A stretch of 64,000 nucleotides of DNA from Bermanella sp. (lineage in GTDB: Bacteria; Pseudomonadota; Gammaproteobacteria; Pseudomonadales; Oceanobacteraceae): positions 11,374 to 75,373 of the forward strand of contig JAWUYY010000033.1 of assembly GCA_034110565.1 (NCBI GenBank), in the 5' to 3' direction. Of this stretch, positions 50,475 to 62,073 are shown in pieces. The notes beneath the pieces were generated by a model. That model worked only from the letters and a program-made list of their open reading frames with translations, ran no database searches and had not been told where the DNA came from. A program made the position numbers and the translations under genes. Positions within the stretch are counted from its first letter, which is position 1, and each line of letters opens with the position of its first letter.

Positions 50475-52502
50475 TTATTGATTAAGGCTAGGGTTATAAA
50501 AATAATATTGATTGCGCCCAGATGCTTTTGCAGCATACATAGCAATGTCTGCATTGCGAGTTAGGGTAAGAGTATCTTCGCCATCTTGCGGATACAAACT
50601 GATTCCGACACTGCAACTTATTTCTAAAATGTGCTCATTCACCTGATAAGGTTGAGCTAGGGCGTGTATGATTTTTTTAGAAAAGTCACCAGCATGTTGC
50701 GAATGCTGTAAGTCTTCCATGATGATAATGAATTCGTCTCCACCCAATCGTGCTACCGTATCACTGTCTCGCACCAGTTTTTTTAACCTTGATGCCACAA
50801 TTTTTAAGACGCTATCCCCAGTCTCATGGCCATACAAATCATTAATGGGTTTGAATTTATCTAAATCAAAGAACAGTAGTGCGCATAATGTATTATGTCG
50901 TTTTGCTCGTATGAGTGCTTGTGTAAGACGGTCATGGTAGAGGCTGCGGTTAGCTAAGCCTGTTAGATAATCATAATGAGCGAGTTTTTTGAGTTGCTCT
51001 TCAGCGGCTTTTCTTTCACTTATATCCGTAATACTAATTACGAAGTGGCTAATTTTATTGTGTTTATCTTTTACAATATTGATTTTCACATAAGCGGAAA
51101 TGGTCTGTTCGTTAGAAATTGTATCAAGTACGTCACCTTGCCAATGACCGGTATCATGTAAGCTCCTTGAAATGTTTTGATGAAAACCTTCTGTCATTGA
51201 ATTTAAAGCAAGGATGGGTGGAATGGTGCCAAGTAGTTGCTGTTTAGATAAGCCTGTTTTCTTACAGTAAGCATTATTAACGGCGATAATATGCTTAAAT
51301 TTATCAGTAATAATCATACCATCGTTACTGGTCTCAAATACGGTGGCAGACAGTTTAAGTTTCGTTTCGTTTGATTTCTGTAAGCTTTGATCCACGACAA
51401 AACAGATTCCTTTATCTGTCTCGCCATTTAGTAATGTTGCGCCTAGATAAACTGGAATGAAATGACCTTGCTTATGAATGATTTCTTTTTCAAAGGGTGT
51501 ACACATACCATTTTTTAATAATTCGGCAGTGGCTTTTTGATCGGTACTTTTATACTCATCAGGAGTGAGTGTTCGCCAGTTGATCTTACCGGCTTCTAGT
51601 TCTTCTCGGCTATACCCGATGATATTGAGGTAAGCATCATTGGCTGTATAAATACGTCCATCCATGTGCCAGTCCATTATACCAATAACGTTGGCTTGAT
51701 ATAGGGACAAAAACCGATTCTCACTGTCCATCAGTTCCTGCTCTGTTTTATTTAGGGCGAGAACAATGTGGCGTGTGATTAGAAAAATACTGAATGAAAG
51801 TAAGCCAATAAATACCAAGCTGATCGTGAATAAAGTTGATTTTATCCAGTGAGCACCTTCGCTTAGTATTAAGGAGAAATCGGTCCCAATTTTATGCAAT
51901 TCTAGGCTTAGTACTTTAATCTCTTCAAGGTTCTTTTTTAAACATGCGTTATCGGATGCAATAATGCACTGATGTATGTTCTGCCCTGATAGTATTAATT
52001 CGTTTATTTTTCTATCACCATCATCCCAAATAGCGTTTGCTTGTTTTAAGTAATAAAAATCTTCAAAACGAATAAAGAAATCAATCATACTATCGACATC
52101 ATTGGGATGGTTGCCACCAGCCAAGAAACCAATACGAGAGCGTTCTTTGTTAGGAGGTGTTTCAAGCAGGGCCAGTCGACCGTCTTTATCACCAAGGTTG
52201 ATGCTTAAGGCCTGTTTGAATTTCTCGTAATCAGAGAGGTTACGGCTACGAGCATAGCGTTCGAGATGTAAGACAGCATCTTTTTGGGCCTTGGCCCAAA
52301 GTCCTTCGCCGCGAACAAAGGCGCGGACACCATTGAGTGTTTCAGACTGCGCGTAGCCTAAGCTTATAAGCATGATGCTGGACATAATAAAGATACTAAC
52401 AATAATCAGCACTTTTCTTCTAATCGGTGAACCTACAGCCTTATCTTTTGCAAGCTCGAATCGTGTTTTAGTGTCAGTCATATGCCACACAAAGGGTGTC
52501 AT
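50475..52502 (-). CDS. Membrane PAS-PAS-GGDEF diguanylate cyclase
   Basis: Two TM segments, two PAS domains, RLGGDEF, RxxD I-site (RDSD). Confidence 0.92.
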   Translation of the reverse strand: MTPFVWHMTDTKTRFELAKDKAVGSPIRRKVLIIVSIFIMSSIMLISLGYAQSETLNGVRAFVRGEGLWAKAQKDAVLHLERYARSRNLSDYEKFKQALSINLGDKDGRLALLETPPNKERSRIGFLAGGNHPNDVDSMIDFFIRFEDFYYLKQANAIWDDGDRKINELILSGQNIHQCIIASDNACLKKNLEEIKVLSLELHKIGTDFSLILSEGAHWIKSTLFTISLVFIGLLSFSIFLITRHIVLALNKTEQELMDSENRFLSLYQANVIGIMDWHMDGRIYTANDAYLNIIGYSREELEAGKINWRTLTPDEYKSTDQKATAELLKNGMCTPFEKEIIHKQGHFIPVYLGATLLNGETDKGICFVVDQSLQKSNETKLKLSATVFETSNDGMIITDKFKHIIAVNNAYCKKTGLSKQQLLGTIPPILALNSMTEGFHQNISRSLHDTGHWQGDVLDTISNEQTISAYVKINIVKDKHNKISHFVISITDISERKAAEEQLKKLAHYDYLTGLANRSLYHDRLTQALIRAKRHNTLCALLFFDLDKFKPINDLYGHETGDSVLKIVASRLKKLVRDSDTVARLGGDEFIIIMEDLQHSQHAGDFSKKIIHALAQPYQVNEHILEISCSVGISLYPQDGEDTLTLTRNADIAMYAAKASGRNQYYFYNPSLNQ

Positions 52503-52553
52503 TATTAAATTAAAGTCGTTATATTTTATTATAGACGTTAATTTTTAAAGGAC

Positions 52554-53228
52554 TTATGTGTCTTCTGGTTCTGTAAATAGATCGCCATATTCATTTTGAA
52601 TGGCCTCATATTCAGCGACACCCTGATTAACTTGATCGTTTTGACGCAATGTATCCAGAGTGGACAATACATCGACGACATTCTCGAATTCGCTGATCAA
52701 TGACGTGTCAGCGCCTATCTCTTTAAGGTGGGCCAGCACCTGATTGGCGTTGTCCAGTGCAACGACTTCGTTTTGACGTTGTGAACTTGTGCTGGCGGAG
52801 TCCATGTTATCAATGGCTAAAGCAATCGGTTCGAGCATAGAAATAGTCTTCTCGTCCCCTTGTTTTGAGGCCTCAAACATAAAACTGTTTATAAAGTGCT
52901 TCGATTGGGCAATAGTTGATTGTTCTGCTTGCTCACCACCTAAAGACTGCAAGTCATTGTTATTGATAAAGCCATTCTCATATAAACTCTGGCTTAATGC
53001 CGCCACATTGTTTGAAGCGATCGGCCCGTTAAAGAACTCTTTGCTAATGGCACTAAGCTTTTGGCTACGAATCGATAAACTTAAGCTATCAGAACTAACG
53101 GTGCTAGATGTGCGCACAGTTGTGGAGTCTGCGTCACCGGCTTGCTCGGTAGCTAAATCACTGCCTAGGTTTTTATTTTCTTGGTAAAGGTTACTAATTA
53201 AACTGGGTAAAGGGCTGTTAATATCCAT
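52554..53228 (-). CDS. Hypothetical Ser/Thr-rich acidic protein
   Basis: Long ORF; start refined to MDINSPL; sigma54-like promoter upstream. Confidence 0.65.
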   Translation of the reverse strand: MDINSPLPSLISNLYQENKNLGSDLATEQAGDADSTTVRTSSTVSSDSLSLSIRSQKLSAISKEFFNGPIASNNVAALSQSLYENGFINNNDLQSLGGEQAEQSTIAQSKHFINSFMFEASKQGDEKTISMLEPIALAIDNMDSASTSSQRQNEVVALDNANQVLAHLKEIGADTSLISEFENVVDVLSTLDTLRQNDQVNQGVAEYEAIQNEYGDLFTEPEDT

Positions 53229-53276
53229 GGCCTGTCTCGGTAATGAAAGAGGTTGATTGAGAGTCACATTAGAAAT

Positions 53277-53293
53277 AGCAAGTTATACGCCAA
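53277..53293 (-). promoter_or_regulatory. sigma54 (-24/-12) promoter
   Basis: TTGGCGTATAACTTGCT with GG-N10-GC spacing. Confidence 0.6.
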
Positions 53294-53439
53294 CGAGAAT
53301 TGAGTTAAGATGGCCGTTTTATCGCTGAATAAAAGGCAAGTACTGACCGTTTCAAGTTCAAAAAAAATAGATGCGGCTAAATCTGGCCGTGGTGGTACTC
53401 ATGACATGAGTAATGTCTGAATTCAAAAGAGAGAATAAG

Positions 53440-53982
53440 ATGATTAATCTGAAAGGCGTGTCCATAAAGCTTGTGTTGTTAAGTGCCATGTTATGTTCAT
53501 TTTATGCCCACGGCTTTGAGCAAAAGTTGCAATTTAGCGAGGCCCAGTTACAAGAAAAATTGCAAGTTATGACACCTATTGAGCGTCAAACGCTATTTGC
53601 CAATATTGTATTAACCGATGCTAAATTACATTTGCTTGATAAAGAAAATCAACTGTCAGTAAAAGCATTTTTAGATGTAACTGCATTTGGTGGTTTACAT
53701 GGATCGGGCCATGTGACAGTGCAGGGGAGTATTATTTATAACGCAAGTGAAGGGGCATTTTATTTAGATAATGCAAAGCTTGTGCAATTGCATGTGGATC
53801 AATTATCGAAAGAGACGGTTACCCAACTCAAACCTGTACTGCAGGATATTATCTCCCAGAGCCTGCAGAGCCAGCCTATTTATCGTCTACAAGACGATGA
53901 TATGCGTCAGGCATTATTAAAAGCCAGCTTGAAAAGCGTTGAAGTAAAGCAGAAAACATTATTCGTTACGCTAGGTTTTTAA
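53440..53982 (+). CDS. DUF1439-like exported protein
   Basis: Signal peptide; SE.QLQ, G...Y....GAFYL and PIY.L motifs. Confidence 0.7.
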   Translation: MINLKGVSIKLVLLSAMLCSFYAHGFEQKLQFSEAQLQEKLQVMTPIERQTLFANIVLTDAKLHLLDKENQLSVKAFLDVTAFGGLHGSGHVTVQGSIIYNASEGAFYLDNAKLVQLHVDQLSKETVTQLKPVLQDIISQSLQSQPIYRLQDDDMRQALLKASLKSVEVKQKTLFVTLGF

Positions 53983-53987
53983 CCTAG

Positions 53988-55334
53988 CTATACACTGAAT
54001 AAACGTTGTCGAATCTTAGGATTATTTTTGGCACGTACAAATAGCATTAGCATGGTTAAGCCCATCAACAAGTTACCAATTGCACAACCCCAAAATAAGC
54101 CGGTTAACCCTCCAAAATATTGACCTAGCCATGCGCAGGGTAAATAGAAAATAAACAACCGCATCAGATTTATATTGAGAGATAAATGGGTTTTATACAA
54201 TGCATTCATTGTAGCGGTACTGACTAATGTAAAGCCCATGGCAAAATAAGTTAGTGGCACGATATAAAGGAAACTTTTGATAATACTCTGTACCTGTACT
54301 TCGTCACTGAAAATCTGACTGATAGGTTCAGCGAATAGAACCAGTAAAGCGTAAACTATAAGCTGCCATACGAATAAAAATTGCATACTTTTAATTAATG
54401 CTTGTTCGATGCGCTTATCTTTTCCGGCCCCATGATTCTGACCGACGAAAGGCGGTAAGCTGGCAGTGAATGCCATAATAACGATCATGGCCAAAGGTTC
54501 AATGCGACTGCCCACGCCGTATGCTGCAATGGCATGGGTGCCATATTGGGCAACCCAAGCCACCATAATACCGTTAGCTAGTGGTCCAAGCATGTTGGTT
54601 AAAGCCGCTGGAATACCTAACTTAGTGAGTTGGCGCCATTGTGCGAATACACCATTTGGAATAGCCAACGTGATGAGTTCTTTTTTTAATAAATAACGCA
54701 GCACTAAAATGAAAGCCACTGCCCAACTAATAGCCGTGGCAATGGCCGCCCCTTTCATTCCTAACTCAGGAAAAGGTCCTAAGCCGAATATTAATAATGG
54801 GTCGAGCACACCGTTAATAGCCGCACTGCCAAGCATGAGTAAGCTAGGTAGTTTGGTATTACCAGTTGCACGAATACTGGCGTTGACGATGACCAGTACA
54901 ATTAATAATACGCAGCCTATGTACCACCAGGTCATGTAATCGGATATGAGTAATATTAATTCATCGCTAGCGCCTAGCCAGGTGAACACAATCGACTGGC
55001 TAGCGATGCCCACTACAGCGAGAGTGCACCCTAAAATAAAAGAAAGATATAAGCTGGATGTTACCCAGTTACGAGCTTGCTCCGTGTCTTTTTGCCCGAT
55101 ACTTCTTGCGACAACTGCACCCGTTGCAATGCTTAAACCAATCGCAAGATTCATGATCATCATGGTGACAGGAAAGGTAAAGCTGATAGCCGCTAGGGAT
55201 TGTGTGCCCAATAAGCTAATAAAATAAGTATCAACCAGGTTGAATAAGAAAATGCTGAGTATGCCCAGCACCATAGGCGCAGTAAGTCGGTATAACCAAC
55301 TTGAAATGGCACCTTGGGTAAGATCTGAGGCCAT
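53988..55334 (-). CDS. MATE efflux transporter
   Basis: DLT.G, NLVDTYFI..LG...LAA, RA.G.T..P, N..LDPL.IFG.G..P.LG..GAA.AT motifs. Confidence 0.95.
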   Translation of the reverse strand: MASDLTQGAISSWLYRLTAPMVLGILSIFLFNLVDTYFISLLGTQSLAAISFTFPVTMMIMNLAIGLSIATGAVVARSIGQKDTEQARNWVTSSLYLSFILGCTLAVVGIASQSIVFTWLGASDELILLISDYMTWWYIGCVLLIVLVIVNASIRATGNTKLPSLLMLGSAAINGVLDPLLIFGLGPFPELGMKGAAIATAISWAVAFILVLRYLLKKELITLAIPNGVFAQWRQLTKLGIPAALTNMLGPLANGIMVAWVAQYGTHAIAAYGVGSRIEPLAMIVIMAFTASLPPFVGQNHGAGKDKRIEQALIKSMQFLFVWQLIVYALLVLFAEPISQIFSDEVQVQSIIKSFLYIVPLTYFAMGFTLVSTATMNALYKTHLSLNINLMRLFIFYLPCAWLGQYFGGLTGLFWGCAIGNLLMGLTMLMLFVRAKNNPKIRQRLFSV

Positions 55335-55448
55335 AGTATCCGTGCTTGAGTTTCAAAAAGATCGGTTATCATGCCATAGTTAGCCATAATCAGGGCAGGA
55401 TGTAGATGAATGGTGTGTTTCTTCTATACTCATAATAGAGGATATTTT

Positions 55449-56198
55449 ATGACCAACCGGATATTGATTGTGATTGTCATGTTGAGTCTTGCTTTAGTGG
55501 CTCATGCTAAAGCAGACACACAAGCCAATGTTTTACGTATTGTGGCAGACGGATGGCCACCTATGACGGGAAGTGAACTACCGAGTGGTGGTTTTAGTGT
55601 GCAGCTAACACAAGAAATATTACACGCTTTAGGTTACAGCACGAGCGTAGAGTTTGTACCTTGGAAACGCATCATGCGTACCCGCCAAAGAGGCATCTTT
55701 GAAGTCATTCCTGCCATCTGGGAAGATAAAAACCGCGATGCTGATTTTCATCTTAGTCAGCCTTATTTAAGTTATAAGCTGCTCTTTGTCAGCTTAAATG
55801 AGCAACCATTTACGTTTTCTAACATGCCTAGCCTGAAAAATAAGCGCGTGGGGATTGTCTCGTCTTATGCGTATCCTGAGGCATTCCTAAAATATACAGA
55901 CGTCGATTGGCAGGCGGCTCTTGATGTTAACCAAAACCTTAAAAAATTATTAGCCAAACGCTTGGACCTAGTGGTGGGTACAGAGGAAGTAATACGTTAC
56001 GAAGCGTATAAATTAGAAGGCGGAAGCAACCTCTACTATGATACGCAGCACCCTCTTGAAACGCGGTTTTTACACATAGCCGTGAATAGCCAATATGAAG
56101 GACATAATGAGCTGATTCGAGACATTGACCGAATGATGTTAGTATTCAAGGGCAATGGCCGTTTTGATGAATTGAAAAAACTACACGGTTTGTTGTGA
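55449..56198 (+). CDS. Family 3 substrate-binding periplasmic protein (orphan)
   Basis: Signal peptide; WPP, PWKR and L..L..KR.D motifs. Confidence 0.85.
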   Translation: MTNRILIVIVMLSLALVAHAKADTQANVLRIVADGWPPMTGSELPSGGFSVQLTQEILHALGYSTSVEFVPWKRIMRTRQRGIFEVIPAIWEDKNRDADFHLSQPYLSYKLLFVSLNEQPFTFSNMPSLKNKRVGIVSSYAYPEAFLKYTDVDWQAALDVNQNLKKLLAKRLDLVVGTEEVIRYEAYKLEGGSNLYYDTQHPLETRFLHIAVNSQYEGHNELIRDIDRMMLVFKGNGRFDELKKLHGLL

Positions 56199-56327
56199 TT
56201 TATTCCCATAGTCGGTGGATAAGTCTGAGAATAGACGTTGGGTAGAATGATGTTACTAAGGCCAGATGCTGGCCTAGGTTGATTTGTCCAATTTTTACAC
56301 GACATGAACGTTAAAAAAGGACTCGTT

Positions 56328-57356
56328 ATGAAAAAAATAATTTTGCTGCTATCTGTGTTTATGGCAATGAACGCAGTGGCTGATAATACATTTTATGGCT
56401 CCATAAATGTGGGGCTAGAATACCGTGACATGAAAGACAACAATAGTTTTGATGATCACGTACAACTACAAGATGCTTACAGCTCTCTCGGTGTCATGGG
56501 TGAGCAAGAGCTTAAACCTGGAATCGTTGGCTTTTATAACTACAAGGTCGCCATTGATGTCGTAAAAGGTAACTTGTATGAAAATGAGCAGACTACATGG
56601 GCTGGCTCTAATCAAGATGAGAACGTCGCCTATGTGGGTGTAAAAGGCGTCTATGGTTCCGCATCGGTCGGTTATCAATGGAATGCGTATTACAATGCTA
56701 TTTCCTATACCACTGACCGTTTCAGCAGTGGCTGGACTGGTTTTGATACGTATGCATCGTTTCAGTTAGGTGAATTAATGGTATACCAAAGCCCTGACTT
56801 TAACGGTCTAAGCTTTGCCTTAAACGCACAAAGCGGTGTGGATAATTCAACAGGTGAAAGCGAGAATAGATTCATTGCAGCGGCTAGCTATAACATAAGT
56901 GATGTGACAGCTCATGTGGCTTACGATGATTTAGGTTCAGGTTCAACTGAGCTAATGGGTTTAGCGGTAGAATATAATCTGTCTAACATGCGTTTTGCTG
57001 CTAAGCACGAAATTGCAAAAGACGGTTTAGGTACTGACGATGCAAGCATCTCTTCTGTTTATGCGTCGTTCACTTCGGGTAGTAACACCTTTAAAGCGCA
57101 TTATGGCTTTGGTAATTACCCAAGTTATTTACCGGTCGAAGACTCAAATGGTGAAAACGAAGGCAGCGAAATTGGCCTTGGTATTGATCACGTAATTAAT
57201 GAAAGCGTTTATGTATTTGCTGAGTATCACATGAGCGATGAATATTGTGCGTACGACGTAACTGAAGGTAATGGTAATGGTGGTTATGATTCAACTGCTG
57301 GTAATGAAATTTACGGTTGCCAAGTTTTAAGCGTAGGCACACATTATTCTTTTTAA
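56328..57356 (+). CDS. Gram-negative porin
   Basis: Signal peptide; FYG, S.LG..G...L, AYVG.KG.YG motifs; C-terminal GTHYSF. Confidence 0.88.
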   Translation: MKKIILLLSVFMAMNAVADNTFYGSINVGLEYRDMKDNNSFDDHVQLQDAYSSLGVMGEQELKPGIVGFYNYKVAIDVVKGNLYENEQTTWAGSNQDENVAYVGVKGVYGSASVGYQWNAYYNAISYTTDRFSSGWTGFDTYASFQLGELMVYQSPDFNGLSFALNAQSGVDNSTGESENRFIAAASYNISDVTAHVAYDDLGSGSTELMGLAVEYNLSNMRFAAKHEIAKDGLGTDDASISSVYASFTSGSNTFKAHYGFGNYPSYLPVEDSNGENEGSEIGLGIDHVINESVYVFAEYHMSDEYCAYDVTEGNGNGGYDSTAGNEIYGCQVLSVGTHYSF

Positions 57357-57375
57357 TGTTTAGCTAAATCGCACA

Positions 57376-57411
57376 CATAAAAAAGCCCAGGTTCATCTGG
57401 GCTTTTTTATG
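57376..57411. terminator. Bidirectional terminator between porin and hemL
   Basis: CATAAAAAAGCCCAG...CTGGGCTTTTTTATG. Confidence 0.85.
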
Positions 57412-57423
57412 CCTGAATAGTAC

Positions 57424-58710
57424 TTACAAAGTAGCGAAGACCTTGTTCGCAGCTTGTAACGTAAATTCAATATCCGCTTCTGTTACGGCGGCACACATAA
57501 AGCCAGCTTCAAATGCAGAAGGGGCAAAGTAAACACCCTCATCAAGCATGCCATGATAAAACTTCTTGAAGCGCTCTTGGTCACATTTTTGTACTTGAGC
57601 AAAGCGGCGAATGTTTTTCTCTTCACTAAAGAAAATACCAAACATGCTGCCCACTTGGTTAGTGGTCAGGCCAATATTATGAGCTTGAGCAAGGGCTTCT
57701 AAACCTTGGCAAAGCGTTTGTGTTTTCGCGGTCAACATATCATAAAAGCCTGGTTTGCTAATGGCGTTGAGCATTGCAAGGCCTGCCGCCATGGCAATTG
57801 GATTACCTGATAACGTACCAGCCTGATAAACTGGGCCAAGGGGTGCTAGGTATTCCATGATCTCTTTTTTACCACCAAACGCACCAACGGGCATACCGCC
57901 ACCGATTACTTTGCCTAGTGTCGTCATATCAGGAATCACACCATACACTTCTTGTGCGCCGCCTTTGGCTGCGCGGAAGCCACACATGACCTCATCAAAG
58001 ATAAGCACAATACCGTGCACATCACATAGTTCACGTAAGCCTTGTAAGAAGCCGTTTTCTGGCGGAATACAGTTCATGTTGCCTGCGATTGGCTCTACAA
58101 TGACACAGGCGATTTCATTGCCCATTTGTGAAAAGCATTCACGCACGCTATCTAGATCGTTGTGAGTCAGAGTAATGGTTAAATCGGCAACCGCTTTAGG
58201 TACACCAGGAGAACTTGGCACGCCTAGAGTCAGCAAGCCTGAGCCAGCTTTTACTAATAGAGAGTCAGAATGACCGTGGTAGCAGCCTTCAAACTTCACC
58301 ATTTTATCTCGGCCGGTATAACCACGGGCTAATCGAATGGCGCTCATGGTGGCTTCTGTACCGCTGGAAACCATGCGAACCATATCCATACTTGGATAAA
58401 TCTCACAAACCTTGTTGGCCATTTCGATTTCAATCTCGGTGGGAGCACCAAAACTTAAACCATTCAAAAGTTGTTTTTGTACGGCCTCGATGACCACAGG
58501 TGCGCCGTGTCCTAAAATTAAAGGCCCCCAAGAATTCACATAATCGATATAGCGATTACCATCTTCATCAAATAAATACGCGCCTTCGCCTTTTTTAAAG
58601 AAAATAGGGCTACCACCCACGCCATTGAAAGCACGCACGGGGGAATTTACACCACCAGGAATATGAGCTTGAGCTTGGGCAAACAAGGATTCAGAACGAG
58701 AAATATCCAT
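57424..58710 (-). CDS. hemL: Glutamate-1-semialdehyde 2,1-aminomutase
   Basis: [33 protein letters not shown] and [10 protein letters not shown] motifs. Confidence 0.98.
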   Translation of the reverse strand: MDISRSESLFAQAQAHIPGGVNSPVRAFNGVGGSPIFFKKGEGAYLFDEDGNRYIDYVNSWGPLILGHGAPVVIEAVQKQLLNGLSFGAPTEIEIEMANKVCEIYPSMDMVRMVSSGTEATMSAIRLARGYTGRDKMVKFEGCYHGHSDSLLVKAGSGLLTLGVPSSPGVPKAVADLTITLTHNDLDSVRECFSQMGNEIACVIVEPIAGNMNCIPPENGFLQGLRELCDVHGIVLIFDEVMCGFRAAKGGAQEVYGVIPDMTTLGKVIGGGMPVGAFGGKKEIMEYLAPLGPVYQAGTLSGNPIAMAAGLAMLNAISKPGFYDMLTAKTQTLCQGLEALAQAHNIGLTTNQVGSMFGIFFSEEKNIRRFAQVQKCDQERFKKFYHGMLDEGVYFAPSAFEAGFMCAAVTEADIEFTLQAANKVFATL

Positions 58711-58732
58711 AACAAAACCTACTGCTAAAAAA

Positions 58733-59155
58733 TTAAAAAGGGCGAACGACAGCTAAAATAACCACTGCGATTAAAATTAATACGGGAGCTTCATTAAAGA
58801 AGCGATAGAATTTGTGACTCTTAGTATTTATGTCATCACGAAATTGCTTGAGTAAATACCCACAGTAAAAGTGATAACCAATCAGTATTGCCACCAAGGT
58901 GAGTTTGGCGTGGATCCAGCCTTGGCTAAAGTAATAGCTAGGATTGATTGTGAGTAACCAAGTGCCCAGTATCACGACGGCTATCATCGATGGAGTCATG
59001 ATGCCGCGGTACAGTTTACGTTCCATAATTTTAAAGCGCTCTTTACTGGTTTGATCTTCACTCATGGCGTGATAGACAAACAAGCGTGGCAAGTAAAACA
59101 GCGCGGCAAACCAACATACCACTGCAATGATGTGAAACGCTTTAAGCCAAAGCAT
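58733..59155 (-). CDS. hemJ: Protoporphyrinogen oxidase HemJ
   Basis: WLKAFHII....[19 protein letters not shown] and NE.P motifs. Confidence 0.95.
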   Translation of the reverse strand: MLWLKAFHIIAVVCWFAALFYLPRLFVYHAMSEDQTSKERFKIMERKLYRGIMTPSMIAVVILGTWLLTINPSYYFSQGWIHAKLTLVAILIGYHFYCGYLLKQFRDDINTKSHKFYRFFNEAPVLILIAVVILAVVRPF

Positions 59156-59172
59156 AAATATCCTTAAGTAAA

Positions 59173-60942
59173 TTAATGAACATAGCGATAATAGTTATGT
59201 ATTTTATCATGTTCGATGATGCCCATGACAGAGGCGGTATTCACTTCTTTACCATAGTGGATGGTTAAGCATTCAACCTTTTCATCAATCATAACATCTA
59301 GGGCTTCTTGTAAATTGGCACGCATGGATATGCTTTGACAGGTTAAGCGTTGTCCAGGGATCGCCATTAAATTTAAAGTAGGATCGCCATCTTCACTATC
59401 TTCAAGCCATTCGCTGAGCTTGTCTTCGTGCATTAATATGTTTGCAGCATCAGATGCGGCCAGCGCTGCGAGAATACCTTGCTCACCATGAATGACTAGC
59501 CAAGTTGGATTACCGCTTAAGGCCAGTTTTAGTGTGTCTACCGTCGCAAACTTAGGCACCACTTTAATATTTTTCTCAGCCACGCTTAATACACTGGTCT
59601 GTCTAAGCATTAACTCAACTGGGCTAGTGTCAGTGGTAAGGCCGCGCAGTTGTAGCAATCGAGGAAAGAGGGATTTTTGTTTGAATACTTCGCTAGCGGT
59701 TAGATTAGAAATAACCACCACGAGCATGGCTGGTAAAAGAATGTTCGGGTTGTTGGTCAGTTCTAATAGCGTCATTAAGGCAGTAAGCGGCGCCTGCAAG
59801 CAGGCGCTCATCATGGCGGCCATTCCTAACATGGCATAATAGCCGGTAGCACTGGCAATATCAGGGGCTAAGTAATTGCCCACCTCACCAATAGCGCCGC
59901 CAGCGCATGCGCCAATAAATAGCATAGGGCCAATGGCCCCTGCTGGCTGGCCCAAGCCTAGATTGAAGCCTGTGATGCACAATTTTGCCAAAGCAAACGT
60001 GATGAGCAACATCCAAGGAAGCTGGCCTGTTAGCGCATGGTTTACCGTGTCATAACCAATGCCCATCATCGATGGGATAGCCAGAGCAAATAATCCATTC
60101 AACACGCCAATTATTAAGAAACGCAACCAGATATTCTTTGGTGCTTTTTGTGCGCTTTTTACGCAAATCCAAATAAATAAGGCGGCCAGTGCGCCCATGA
60201 CTAACCCTTCTACCAGTAAAAAAGGAAACTCCAATAATGATCGCATTTGTAATGGCGGGACGGTAAAAGCAGGTTCAGAGCCATACACAAAACGAGTTAA
60301 TAATGCACCCGCAACCGATGCCAAGATAATGGGGATTAAGCTGACAAAGCTGTAACCCATCACAATGACTTCCATCGCAAAAATTACCCCGGCAATGGGA
60401 GTGTTGAATGACGCACTAATGGCCGCCGCGACGCCTGACGCTAAAAGTAATTGAATATGACGACTGGGCAGTTGAAATTTGCGCCCCATAATACTGCCGC
60501 TGGCAGCGCCTAAGTGGACGGCCGGACCTTCACGGCCAGCGCTTTGCCCGCTGAGTGCACAGATAATACCGGCAAAAAATTGAGCGAAAAAATTAGTAAG
60601 AGGCATGTGCCCTTGGTGGTGTTTGAGGCGTTCTAACACATGGCTGATGCCCACCATGCGACTTTGAGTGGCGAGGCGTGAAAATATCACGGCTATTAAC
60701 ATGGCACCTGTTAAAGGAAGAAAAAACCGTATCCAAGGGGCGAGAGCTTCAAAGTTTTCGTGGTCACCATTTTCAAGATACGCATCTAGTGGCCCTTCAA
60801 TAGCAAGGCGAAATAATAGAATTGTGCCGCTGGTTATTAACCCAGCAAGCACCCCAAGCAAGGCTAATTGAGGAAGAGCATCGCCTTGAGCGAGTGAAAT
60901 TCTTAAGCGACGAATAAAAGATGCCATTAATTGCTCTATCAC
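59173..60942 (-). CDS. ClC family chloride channel/antiporter with degenerate CBS domains
   Basis: GREGP and [13 protein letters not shown] motifs; start may be 60927. Confidence 0.9.
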   Translation of the reverse strand: MIEQLMASFIRRLRISLAQGDALPQLALLGVLAGLITSGTILLFRLAIEGPLDAYLENGDHENFEALAPWIRFFLPLTGAMLIAVIFSRLATQSRMVGISHVLERLKHHQGHMPLTNFFAQFFAGIICALSGQSAGREGPAVHLGAASGSIMGRKFQLPSRHIQLLLASGVAAAISASFNTPIAGVIFAMEVIVMGYSFVSLIPIILASVAGALLTRFVYGSEPAFTVPPLQMRSLLEFPFLLVEGLVMGALAALFIWICVKSAQKAPKNIWLRFLIIGVLNGLFALAIPSMMGIGYDTVNHALTGQLPWMLLITFALAKLCITGFNLGLGQPAGAIGPMLFIGACAGGAIGEVGNYLAPDIASATGYYAMLGMAAMMSACLQAPLTALMTLLELTNNPNILLPAMLVVVISNLTASEVFKQKSLFPRLLQLRGLTTDTSPVELMLRQTSVLSVAEKNIKVVPKFATVDTLKLALSGNPTWLVIHGEQGILAALAASDAANILMHEDKLSEWLEDSEDGDPTLNLMAIPGQRLTCQSISMRANLQEALDVMIDEKVECLTIHYGKEVNTASVMGIIEHDKIHNYYRYVH

Positions 60943-61004
60943 TTTTTACGGAAGGCGCTATTATAAGGCCCTTCGAAATTAATCAAAAAAAAGAAGGTAT
61001 TATT

Positions 61005-62039
61005 GTGATTAATGTGGGACTTGTGGGCGGAACTGGTTATACGGGCGTTGAGCTGCTTCGAATTCTTGTGCAACATCCACAAGTTAACATAAAAGTTGTT
61101 ACATCTCGTGGAGAAGACGGCACCCCCGTGTCTAACATGTTCCCAAATCTTCGCCCATTCACAAATATCACCTTTAGTGTACCGGATGTTAAAACCCTGT
61201 GTGAGTGCGATTTAGTCTTTTTTGCGACACCGCATGGCGTTGCCATGGAAATGGCACCAGAATTGGTAAAAGCTGGCGTGCGCATTGTGGATTTAGGTGC
61301 GGATTTTAGAATCAAGGATGTAGTGGAGTGGAGCAAATGGTACGGCTTAGAACACACGTGCCCCGAGATTGTAGAACAGGCGGTTTATGGTTTGCCTGAA
61401 GTGAATCGCGACGCTATCAAAACCGCTCAAGTGATTGCCAATCCTGGTTGTTATCCAACGGCTGCGCAATTAGGTCTATTGCCATTAATCGAGCAAGGTC
61501 TAATCGAAGTGGATAGTATTATCGCCGATTGCAAATCGGGTGTAAGCGGTGCAGGTCGTCAGGCAAAAATTGGCGGATTATTGTGCGAAGCGAGTGAAAG
61601 TTTCAGCGCATATGGCGTGCCTGGTCACAGGCACTTACCAGAAATCAAACAAGGTTTACAAAACGCCAACAAGAACAATGCAGTAGGGCTGACATTTGTG
61701 CCACACTTAGTCCCTATGATACGTGGAATCCATGCTACCCTGTACGCGAAATTAAAAGATACAAACGTCGATTTACAGCAAATATTTGAAGATCGTTACG
61801 CTAGTGAGCCTTTTGTTGATGTTATGCCAGCAGGTACGCATCCAGCCACACGTAATGTTAAAGGCAGTAACTACAATCAAATAGCCGTACACCGTCAACA
61901 AGGTGGTGATACAGTGATTGTACTTTCAGTTATCGATAACCTTGTAAAAGGGGCTGCAGGTCAAGCCGTACAAAATATGAATATCATGTTTGGCTTTGAA
62001 GAGAATGCAGGTATGACTCAACCAGCTATGCTTCCATAA
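61005..62039 (+). CDS. argC: N-acetyl-gamma-glutamyl-phosphate reductase
   Basis: [23 protein letters not shown] and [11 protein letters not shown] motifs; GTG start. Confidence 0.97.
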   Translation: MINVGLVGGTGYTGVELLRILVQHPQVNIKVVTSRGEDGTPVSNMFPNLRPFTNITFSVPDVKTLCECDLVFFATPHGVAMEMAPELVKAGVRIVDLGADFRIKDVVEWSKWYGLEHTCPEIVEQAVYGLPEVNRDAIKTAQVIANPGCYPTAAQLGLLPLIEQGLIEVDSIIADCKSGVSGAGRQAKIGGLLCEASESFSAYGVPGHRHLPEIKQGLQNANKNNAVGLTFVPHLVPMIRGIHATLYAKLKDTNVDLQQIFEDRYASEPFVDVMPAGTHPATRNVKGSNYNQIAVHRQQGGDTVIVLSVIDNLVKGAAGQAVQNMNIMFGFEENAGMTQPAMLP

Positions 62040-62073
62040 TGATGGTTTTAGAAAATAAAAAGGACTGCAAGTA

